From NCBI RefSeq assembly GCF_006345805.1, contig NC_043015.1, positions 10,044,001 to 10,108,000 on the forward strand: 64,000 nt of DNA, read 5' to 3'. Both the position numbers and the translations under genes were made by a program. The notes under the pieces are model-generated. The model saw only the letters and a program-made list of their open reading frames with translations, had not been told where the DNA came from and did not search any database. Shown here piece after piece: positions 52,444-64,000 of the stretch (position 1 is its first letter; every line of letters starts with the position of its first letter). The stretch is from Octopus sinensis (taxonomy: Eukaryota).

Positions 52444-54967
52444 CATACTTATTCATATACGCATATATATGTGTATGTGTGGGTGGATCTTGGGAAGTTA
52501 GATAGCTGCAGAGATATACATAAGTCATTTTACAAGCGCTTACAAGTGCATCACATATACGTGCGCATCCGTTCTCACGCTTGCACAGGATTGCATACAT
52601 ACATACACATGTACATACATACCTATGTACTCAGGTAAACGCACACACACACACACACACGGATACTCACACATATATATACGCACACGCGATCTAATAC
52701 AGGATGACATACATACTTATATTTGGCACTTCAGAACATCTTAAATATTTCTAATGTGACAACCTCTCCATTATTGTACGTGATAGTTAGATTTTCCTTT
52801 TGTTATATTTATCATTACTCTTTGTTAGAAATCTTATGCTTTATACAAGAAACTAAGAAAAAAAAGTTAAACATAACTTTAAAATTTTCCTCCTATCGTC
52901 CAAGTTTATAAAGTAATGTAAGCTCTATTGTAAATATGAATAACTTTGCTTCAGAAATCAGAATATGTTGATGGATTATATTCTCTATCATGAGAATCTA
53001 AACGTTCTGACTATGAAACCGTAATGGGGGTCATTATAAGGAAAGGAAGAAGCCGACAACGAGAAAAACTCAAATGAGTTGCTTTGTGTTAGTAGGCGTT
53101 AGTTTTTCATCGTTGTCCGTATTGTTAGTTCAAATGTATTTAGCTATGTGCTTGTGTGTCTGTGTGCGTATGCGCGGGTGTAGTTTTATTTTGTTCTGTT
53201 TCTTTTTTTTTTGGCTTTTTACAGAATTGTATTTGTGTTATTTTACATTGTATTTCTTTCCACGTGACACACGAAATCTATTTTTTTTCATTTTTTTGTG
53301 TGTAATGTTCCTTCAAATGTTTCTTTACATAGTTATTCAACTGAAGAAATGTGACATCTATCACACTGTTACCACCAGTGAATGACATATTGTTTTCTAT
53401 TGTGATGAATCATTCAGAAGATTTGAAAATTTGAACTGATAACCACAAATGGGTCAAAAGATATCTCAGACATTTGTATGTGTATGTGTACTCATGCATA
53501 TATATGTTTAATATTGTTTTTGTTTCAGGTGACGAGATGGCTATATTAAAATGCGCTACAAAGAATCGAAGGTACGCTGAAAAGATCACCTTAAAGCAGA
53601 GATTTTCTCTTCGCCTATGGGTTACTGGCAAAATGTTAGGGATGATGGGTTCTGCAAACATTCATGAACCATTAATATTGGTTTCTCGGAAGCTTTTATT
53701 GTCTCACATGAAAATTTGTACATGAACGACAGTGAAAACACTAGACTAGAGAGTTAATTTCGAAGGGACCAAGTTTTGAGTAGTACATATCAAGTGTAGT
53801 TTGGGATAGAGTATGGTTAGATCAAAACATCAGGGGTGAGAGCGGAAGTGATGTGTAGCTTGGAAGTTACTGAAAGACGATGGTATAAACCTGGCTCGAT
53901 CGAAGGATTAGTGATCTGTTTGCAAGATTCAATTCACAGCAGACGCCGCAGTACCAGATGGAGACGTGCCTTTCACTGATTCTAATCTAATCAGTATAAG
54001 AGATTTAATGTGAATACGCTGTTTGTGCAGTAGCTCAATGACCCCAGATGTAAGAAAGACTATTTCATTGTGACCCATATATGCAGTTGCTTGATTATCA
54101 CGATCAGTCTTGTGACTCAGAAGAGAGGACCTGTTTTGTGAAAACGATGCTCGCTATATGTTTATTCTGCAATGATGCTAGTAACGAGTGGAGCTCAACA
54201 CCTGGTGAGATTTGAAACATCTTATCAAAATTTAATTCCTGACGGGGAATGGGACGGAACATTGTGCAATGATGCTTTGGTAATATGATGTTTTCTTGAT
54301 GTAATTAATACGTTTTCTTTCCTTAGGAAGATAAAAGATAGATATATTTCAAACGAATGATGCTTTCGAGAATGTAATCAGAGTAGGCTTAGTAAAGTAC
54401 ATATGTTACAAATATACAAGCGCATTGGCGTTCCAGATTTACAGATACTGGAAAGTTTTGTGGATGCAAAACAGAGGTCCTACAGACTTTTGTTGCTGTG
54501 ATGAATCAGTGATTTGATCATCAAAATGTAATAATGAACTATAATCTACAATAGTATTGCTATGCTTATTTATTCTTTAATAATCCTAATACGTACAGAG
54601 ACTCGCCTCCACGGGTACACACACAATCCAAAATATATTTTCATCCCTAATGCAAACATAAACGTATATATGTAGAAGGAAAAAAATAATTATATAAGAC
54701 AAAAAATACAAGTACGAAAGAGAAATGCAGAATAGGGGTGACTAAGTTTTATCGCTCAAACATACTTTCTGTTGAGAGTTAGTGCATAAGAAAACATAAA
54801 AACAGTGACCCATAAATTTACACATCTATTTGCAAGCATACGCACATATATTCAAATGTATAACAATACTCAAAGCTGAAATACATGCAGAAAGCATACA
54901 TGCAAATGTGTGTATATACGTACATAGCTATCTACCTGTGTCTATATATATGTATATAGACATATAT

Positions 54968-55384
<417 letters not shown>

Positions 55385-55489
55385 TATATGTATAGACATA
55401 CATATATATATGTATATATGTATACATATATATGTATATATACATACATACATGCATATATATATATATATAATATATATATATATATA

Positions 55490-55698
55490 ACGGGAAGCTT
55501 TATGAAAATAGACAAAAGACGAAGGCAGGTGGAAAACAAACAAACAATTGTATTAGTATGGCGCTCAGGAAATATAAATAAAACAAGTCTTTAACGTGTC
55601 GAGCCTACGCTCTTCAACAGAAAGATACACAGAGAGAAAAAAAACCACAGAAAGAAGGAGAGAAAAAAATGCGTGCAGTAACTAACGAATCAACATGG

Positions 55699-55700
<2 letters not shown>
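55490..55700 (-). mobile_element. Short (TA)n-embedded element with a hammerhead-like motif (copy c)
   Basis: Bounded by (TA)n; shares GTATTAGT....CGCTC.GGAA and CGAGCCTACGCTCTTC.ACAGAAAG with copy d. Confidence 0.65.
55588..55625 (-). ncRNA. Minimal type-I hammerhead ribozyme-like motif (variant core)
   Basis: Minus strand reads UCUUU CUGUUGA A GAGC GUAG GCUC GACA CGU U AAAGA: 5-bp stem I, perfect 4-bp stem II, palindromic ACGU stem III, and a GUU triplet. Confidence 0.55.
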
Positions 55701-55777
<77 letters not shown>

Positions 55778-55887
55778 ATATATATATACATATATATATA
55801 TATACATACATATATATGTATATATACATACATACATATATATATATATATATGTATATATGTATATATATATATATACATATATAT

Positions 55888-56187
<300 letters not shown>

Positions 56188-57132
56188 ATATTTACATATA
56201 TTTATATATATATATATATATTACATATATTTATATATATATATATATATATATTTACATATATGAATATATAGATATAGTGTGTAAGTGTTGTTCTGTC
56301 TCCTTCGGCAATTATTACGATATGGAGCATAAATCAGTGTATACGTATCGCTGACATGCAAACAATGTTTAAAATTGATGAAAAAGAAATATTGTAACTT
56401 TAAGAACAATTTCCTAAATAAATAAATATAGTTTTATTTTGATATATGCATGAGAAAAGTTATTAAAATCTGAAAAATAACTGAAAAATATAATTGAAGA
56501 GGACTAGAAATAAAGGTTTACAATTTTATGTTGAAATTTTATGTTGAAAAAATTGAAATATGTAAAATAAATTTATCGAACTATATAATTGCTAAAGGCA
56601 CCATTATACTGTCGTGTTATGGATGTAATAAAACACATACGTGACACTATAAGCGACGTAAAATATGTATTCACACACACGCACAAACATATATAGATAT
56701 ACATACATATATACACACACTTATATATAAGTTTTCAGAGAGAGAAAGTGAGAGGGAGAGAGAGAGAGACAGACAGAGAAAGACAGAGACAACGAACACA
56801 GATACAATCCTGAATGTAAGGGAAAATATTAAAAACAAGGAAAGGGGGAAAGTTAGACGCATCTGCAGCACAAACGGAACAAAAATCAGAAGGTGCACCT
56901 GAAAGATATTACACAGTAACCGAAATTTATGTGTATATGCATATGCATACAAATGCACGTATATATATATATTTGCGTGTATGTATGTGCGTATGTATGT
57001 GTGCATGTGAGTGTGTGTATGTGTGTGCGTGTGTATATATATATATATATATATATTTGTGTGTGTGTGTGTTTGTATGGACGCATGTATCAATGTTCAT
57101 ACATGCAAACGCTAACACGCAGAGGCAAACAA

Positions 57133-57167
<35 letters not shown>

Positions 57168-57998
57168 ACGTATATAAAGCTGTTTTGAAAAAGCAGCATT
57201 ATATATGTGTGTCTGTGTGTCTGTGTGATTGCGTGCGTTTGCCAGCGTGTATCTAGTCGTGCATACTTGTAAAAAGTCATGAAATATTTCATTTTTGCTG
57301 TACCGAGAAAATTATAATCCTGCGATTTCTATATTTTTACAGTTGATTTAATATATTACTTCAGCTCAAACATTACGTTAATACATCGTAGATGTTGATT
57401 TAACTTGCTACGTTCCCATGTCTTTTGTGTGCATTTGTATATAGATGTACATCATTATCAGTACTTACATTTACACATACACACATATTCAAAGTCACAC
57501 AAACCCAAAGACAATCATACGTGGATGCACGTATATATGCTCTAACGTAATATTAATCGGTGTTTATATGAGAGGAATTGTACTGTTTTATCCGTAGATA
57601 TGCAGTATCCAGACCATGGGAAGGGAGAATGAAATATATCAAATTGCTCGGAGCTATAACAGAATTTGTTGTGAAGATATTTAAGATGAGTGTACACACA
57701 CACACACACACTTACAAACGCATTCACATATTTATATAGATGTTTTATATGTGTATATATTCTAACTTTACATAAATATTTACTAGTGATTTTTGCGAAA
57801 AATATTATATGACAGAAATGGCGAACATTATATAGATTATATACAAAGCATTTTTATGAATGCCACTAAACAGTGTTCTGCCAAATGGAGAAAAAAAAAT
57901 GTGAATTACTAAAACTAAATACCCGAGACGAAATACATAAAATTGAAATTAAATTATTTAAACACATCATTTATCAGATCGATACATACACACACACA

Positions 57999-58091
<93 letters not shown>

Positions 58092-58334
58092 GTATAGTAT
58101 TGGTACGCAGATCTTGTTATCAATTGAATCCAGAAAAGGAATATATATAAAAGAAAATATCAGTCATTTTGCAATATTCCATAAACTATTTATTCTCGTT
58201 AGGTTTCCCTCTTGTGTCTTGTTATTCTCTTTTAAACTGACATAAATTAAAATTAGGTTTGTTTTAAACAATTTTTCCGCGTTAAAATTCAATGATTTAT
58301 TTATATTTTACATTCGGCATTATTGCAACTGTGC

Positions 58335-58630
58335 ATGGCTTAGTGGTAGGAACCTTGCAGCCACCGTTAATGAGGTGGTAAGTTCGATTCCCGAATTGGC
58401 CTGTACGCTTTACTGTATTGCTGAGGAATATAATTTTCCTCATTCTTCCAGTTCACTCAGATGTAGAAGTTATTTACGACGCCATTTGTGCCATACTGTA
58501 TCGACCTTGGACAACATCGGTGGACTGGCGTGGAAAGGCGAGGCATGTGCATGGTCTTCCACAAACAACTCACTGGCTTAGCCTATGAGGGTAGCTTTCT
58601 AGGTGCAATCCATGGTAATTCATGACCATA
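58335..58630 (+). mobile_element. Degenerate tRNA-derived SINE
   Basis: TGCATGGCTTAGTGGTAGG (A-box) ... AAGTTCGATTCCCG (B-box). Its 3' part resembles the reverse complement of about 28145-28200. Confidence 0.6.
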
Positions 58631-59054
58631 TGGACGGGGGTATTTATCCTTTCCCCAATTTCGATGCTTCTGATAATGAAAAATGAATGTTACTCACCAC
58701 TCAATAATTTCACATATCTTTTTGCATGTTACGCTCTAGTGTTCATGCATATAATCCCACCACCCCACAAACATACATATTACGTATACAACCACATTTC
58801 AGACTGACAATCGTCCCCTATTCTTAAAATCTGCCCATTCTTTACATTTATACGGAGTAACTCAACCGTACACTTAAGTATATTTATAGGCATATAAATA
58901 GCTATATATTTATGTACATTATCGATATGCACATTTTACATTACCATTACACACACTATGCTATTTATATGCACACAATATATATACTTGTGTACATTTT
59001 TATTGTTGTTGTTTTTGTTGTTATTATCACCATTATTATTTTTTTTTTTTTATT

Positions 59055-59650
59055 GGTTAGTCCCAGGTTCGGTTTTCTGTCTGGTATGGATTATGTGGAG
59101 AGCGGGTTAATAGATGTATCATTAAGTTTTCACAAGTTTTACGCAGTTTTTCAAGGGCTTAGGACACTCCTGATAATCCTTGCTGTCTTCTGTAGAACCT
59201 CTAGCAGGTCTATCTCAGTCTCCCTCAGCCATTTGTCTATACCTTGTCTTACTAATCTCAGCGCCCCAATTATTATAGGCCCGACCATTACAGTTCGCAT
59301 CCTCCAAATTCTTCGCATTTCAAATGTTAGGGGATTGTAATTGTTTTTTTTTTCTTCGCATGAACTTTCAGGTGGGGCCAGTTAGAATTATCTTCAGGAC
59401 GAGTATCCCATCCCGCTCAAAATGTTCCTGAATATGGATTGCTTAAAGGTGTTGAACGAAACACCAATGTTTTCAGAGATGAATTATTCAAAACGCAGAA
59501 AATTCCTCTCATCACATGGTTATGATGTTCCCCTACAACTTCTGCTCATGATCAGAGATGCACATATCGGCCACCAACAGACATGTTCAACTGGTTAAGG
59601 TCAAACAACTGACGAGCACATCTATGACATTGAACAATTTGCTGTCACCA
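59055..59650 (-). mobile_element. 3' fragment of an R4/Dong-like (restriction-like endonuclease) non-LTR retrotransposon
   Basis: 59150-59340(-) reads YNPLTFEMRRIWRMRTVMVGPIIIGALRLVRQGIDKWLRETEIDLLEVLQKTARIIRSVLSP*, the KY..L..E..R.W...P...GALG-type C-terminus of REL elements. There is a weak CCHC-region echo (NVIDVLVSCLTL) near 59600. The 3' end abuts a TTA/TTG repeat. Confidence 0.7.
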
Positions 59651-60361
59651 GGTTTTTTTATATATAGCAAAACAAAACGTGTACATGATGACACTTCTAA
59701 TCACTTAAGTTTATTAGCCATGAAAGACACTGCATGTTAATTATCATTATTATTATTTTCATATAAAATCAACAGATTAGATTTTGGAAAAGAAAAACAA
59801 CTTCTAACATCGGCTACGATTAAATTTATATTCCAAGAACACTCCGATCGAGCTACAGCAAGTAAACTTAGATGTCAAATTTCCTAACTGTCATAGATTT
59901 CTGGAGCTGTACTAACCTGGGTTTTATAGAAATTCCTCTAACCATCTGTTCAGATCTTCAGAGATAGTTTCCAATGCACTGGGATACATTTTAACCGGCA
60001 CTTTCTATTGTCTTAATAATTCAATAGATAGTTCCTGGTATTTTGTTATTTTTTTCATATTTCTCATATAATGTTTTATTCATTTGAGATTGTAATGTCA
60101 ATTATCTGGGATATTCAATTCTCTTTATCTGGGGCATTCAATTCTCTTTACAAATTGTAAAACATAACTGTCACCACTATTACATGAACCTAAAGATTGC
60201 ATAGTTAATGCATGAAAGTACTAAATTAATCAGAATGGACATTTAATATTCTATCATATCAGTTTATTATAATATATATCTTATATTATTATAAGATTAT
60301 GAATAAAACAGGAAAATCTGACAAAGTTTGAATTTCTATGAGTAAAATATATATATATAAG

Positions 60362-60760
60362 CGAAGGAGTGGATGTGTGGTAAGTAGCTTGCTTACCTAC
60401 CACATGGTTCCGGGTTCAGTCCCACTGCGTGGCACCTTAGGCAAGTGTCTTCTACTATAGCCTCGGGCCGACCAAAGCCTTGTGAGTGGATTTGGTAGAC
60501 GGAAACTGAAAGAAGCCCGTCGTATATATGTATATATATGTATATGTGCGTGTATGTTTGTGTGTCTGTGTTTGTCCCCCTAGCATTGCTTCGCAACTAA
60601 TGCTGGTGAGTTTATGTCCCTGTCACTTAGCGGGAAAAAGAGACCGATAGTATAAGTACTGGGCTTAGAAAGAATATGTCCCGGGGTCGAGTTGCTCGAT
60701 TAAAGGCGGTGCTCCAGCAGGACACCAGTCAAATGAGTGAAACAAGTAAAAGAGTAAAAG
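60362..60760 (+). mobile_element. tRNA-derived SINE, family 1, full length
   Basis: Co-linear with 42451-42860, including the internal microsatellite and the GTAAAAGA tail. Confidence 0.9.
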
Positions 60761-60849
60761 AGAGAGATATATGTGTGCGCGTGCGCGTGCGTGTGTGTAC
60801 GTGTGTGTGAGTATGTGCGTGTGTATCTTAAAATATTTATATGATATTA

Positions 60850-61480
60850 GCTTCGTAACTGCGGTTTTGCTGGGACACTACCGTTGACTATGCTACACCG
60901 TTATTTGAAACCTCCTCTGATGTATGGCATTTGGTGAATGAGCGAGTTTGATACCGCCGCCCACATCTGCGTTTCCTACTGTGAGAAGAGATCTGGGTTT
61001 GTTTTGATGACACCTACATCCACACTATGCAGGTCTAGCTGTCATTCTGGAAGAATACTGAATAGCTGTGGGCCCTTGAAACTGAAGCTTTTCCTGTATC
61101 CGTTCCTGTGACTTGATGGAGATACTGCGATCTTTGGCACTATGCAGTGGAGCCGCGTTCTGCTGTCTGTGTAAATTTCAATGCCAAAGTACAAGGCCTT
61201 CCATGATTTCCCAGTTGTATCTCACTGCATATCTTTCCCCGCTTCGTTCTAAGGAGAAGAGCTTTAATTCTTTCGGCCTTCCAAATAAGCGATATGTGGC
61301 ACTGAGACGATCTTTTGGTGTAGATTATTTGGAGTGCTTCGAGCTCCACCCTTAATTTTATAGTGTGTGGTGACCATAGTTGGGAGCAGTAGTGCAAGCG
61401 GCTGAGAACATATGTCCTCCAAAGGACCAGCATTATCTCCTTTTCTCTTGATTGGAAAGTTCGAAGTATCCATCAGGTTG
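60850..61480 (-). mobile_element. 3' fragment of a CR1/L2-group LINE (frameshifted)
   Basis: MLVLWRTYVLSRLHYCSQLWSPH / KELKLFSLERSGERYAV..WEIMEGLV / CIVPKI...FKGPQLFSILP: the same region as 1-645 but from a distinct subfamily. Confidence 0.82.
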
Positions 61481-62297
61481 CTACCTGCATTTTATTTCCA
61501 AATTGATAATGTGCACATGTAAAGATGCATCAATGCTCATATTAACGTTCAGGACAAGCACTGATTTTTTAATAATTTAATAATATTGCAATTCCTACCT
61601 GACCAGTGTATTTTGTCTGCATGTCGTTCAGCTTTGTATGATGGTAAAGCAGGGCTTTTGAAAAGTTTAGATATATCAACCCACACTTGAATCATTTAAC
61701 AACTGTTTTGTCACCCAGTCGTATTTTAGGCAACTTCTTCCTCGTCGAAATCTATGCTGGGTGTCAGCCAGCAAGTACTTTTATTCCAGGAACGCGATTA
61801 CTCTTTGGCAGGTTATTAGTTCCACACACACACACATACACACATACTTACATTCATACATAGATATATACATATACATATATGAAGGGTAGATAAGCAG
61901 GAGTTTGAGAACAGATGTAGTATTTGAATTCCTACGTTCTTTCACCCAACGAACACTTAGCCTAGTATACACACACACGCACGCACAAACACACACGCAA
62001 ACACACACATAGCAGACACACACAAATACACACACTAATATAAATATGTATATACATATTTATATAGGGTTACCCAAAAGTCACTAGACAATAAATCAAA
62101 ATTGCATAAATACCATTTGGAATTCTGTGTTGTTTCGAATGGAAAAATATCTCGCTCAAGAAGGACTTGGGTTTGAACAATTTTCATGATGTTTCATATT
62201 TAGATGTTTTTTTATTATATCCATTTAGTTGTTAGATATAAATAATTCCTTGAATTATATGGTCTTGATTTACTCTCAGGTGACTTTTGGCCAATCC

Positions 62298-62328
<31 letters not shown>

Positions 62329-63242
62329 GGAGAGATATGGTAAAAGTAGAGTGGCAAAGATACAGAGAGATAACTCGCTTACTATATATGCAGCTACATA
62401 TATTCAGAGTGAAACTCGGTGGGGGAGAGATAAACAGAATTGTGTAATCCTACAAAACTCTCGATGGCATGTTATTTTCGTAATGTTATTAGACACATAC
62501 TACAACAGATTCATTGTAAAATAGGGGTTTATGTAAATTCCAATGAATATATCATACTGTCATTCATGAAATTTTGGGGTGATGAGAATTTATTTGTAAA
62601 TGTAATATAATTGGCTTGACAACAACTTGGCATCAAGTAAGCTTTATAATATTGCATATATAAAGTAGATTATAGTTGTTAATACTACGCATTTTAAATG
62701 CTGACAGCTTTTTCACGATTATTATCGTCGAAAGCTTACACAGAAAAATATATGAAATAAAGAATCAACAGTAATAAAACTGATTATGATTACATATTTT
62801 TTCTATGACAAGAAGATGTGTATGTCAGCTTTAAGTGTTATTTTAATTGAGAGCAATTCATTATTTTGCATTTATACGTTTACAAAATTTTTCTTTTTCC
62901 CCATATCGACGTTGTGCATTTTCTTTTTAATTTGCCTCTATTTGTATTCATTCGCGCAATTATTCTTAGAAATAACACACTTTTCTTTTTTCTCTACTTG
63001 AACAGATGCATATCATTAAGCAAAAATAAGAACTTATATACACATATACACACACGACACACACACACGCAAACACAGACACACACACACACATAAATAT
63101 ATATATATGAATCTCTCTCTCTCTCTTTCACACGTATATATACATGCACACACAGACACACACACATACAAACACATGCATATATATATATATGAATCTC
63201 TCTCTCTGTCACACGTATATATACATATACATGCACACACAT

Positions 63243-63342
<100 letters not shown>

Positions 63343-63429
63343 TGTATGTATCTATGTATGTATGTACGTATGCATGTATACATGCAAGTGTGTACGTTTG
63401 CATGTATGTAAATCTGTATACATAAATGG

Positions 63430-63860
63430 TAATTTTTGTCTGTGGTTGTGTGTATGTTTGTGAATAACTTTCAATTTTCTCCTCCGATCCTGATGAGAGT
63501 TGACACGCGTGAGGTGCTTATGCCCATGTTGTTACCTAGGCACTTAGAATTTCAAACAAGATAATTTTTAATCAGCATTGTTTTTTCAAACATCAGTACG
63601 ATATTTCAATACAAATTCTCATATGTATGATATTTTCTGCCATAACATTTAAAGTTTTCAACCGATTTTCTTCTAATTGTATACACAGATGGAATATACG
63701 CTACACATGTGTTGCGACAAATACATTTCTTTAAGCACATGCACAAAAATGACGACAGCATGGGTTTGCTACTAGACTCTCTTCATTGTTTTCGTCAAAT
63801 TGGTCCTACCAATTAATATAGATTTCAATTTGAAGAAAAACTGCCGAAATTCAACGAAAG
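63430..63860 (+). mobile_element. Second copy of the repeat at 3410-3910
   Basis: Direct homology over about 63550-63730; the boundaries are approximate. Confidence 0.55.
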
Positions 63861-64000
63861 TCTTTCATTCTATAAACAGACATCATATGAACTGAACTCT
63901 CATTAGCATTTCCTAATTCTGCATTTCAATACGAATCGTTTTCATTTGCTAAATTTTATTATTTCAATTCGTTAATTTAATTCCACAGCTTTTCGGGTTT

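Noticed and set aside
58912-59340. 142-aa hydrophobic plus-strand ORF resembling a membrane protein
   Set aside because: It is antisense to the R4/Dong-like C-terminus plus a TTG/TTA repeat.
62063-62095. AGGGTTACCCAAAAGTCAC resembling the TIR-like start at 785
   Set aside because: The match is too short and in the same orientation, with no transposase or partner end nearby. It is at most an isolated mariner-like terminus.
63488-63515. CTGATGAGAGTTGACACGCGTGAGG hammerhead-like string
   Set aside because: Stem II is absent and the triplet would be GUG; too degenerate.

Overview
This is eukaryotic, very AT-rich, repeat-dominated DNA with dozens of (TA)n/(CA)n/(GATA)n/(TAT)n microsatellites. 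The tRNA-derived SINE families and microsatellite load suggest a coleoid cephalopod, probably Octopus (inference). I cannot identify an intact host protein-coding gene, tRNA, rRNA or CRISPR array; most long ORFs in the track are microsatellite read-throughs (YI/CV/HT repeats). What can be supported is a graveyard of decayed mobile elements: CR1/L2-group, RTE and R4/Dong-like LINE ends, two Penelope-like (PLE) RT fragments, mariner, maT-type (DD37D-like) and Chapaev3-like transposase relics, and at least three SINE families. The most interesting signals are: (i) four ~200-bp microsatellite-embedded elements that each carry a minimal type-I hammerhead-ribozyme-like fold on the minus strand, two of them in near-tandem and sharing a non-canonical CUGUYGA core; (ii) three fold-back palindromes attached to (TA)n tracts, one a spacer-less ~250-bp AT-rich palindrome; (iii) a tetrameric A-B-A-B SINE, an apparent SINE-RTE chimera, and a SINE tail made of three tandem TCACGTGA motifs. 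All family assignments come from by-eye motif recognition and need Dfam/Repbase/Infernal confirmation.
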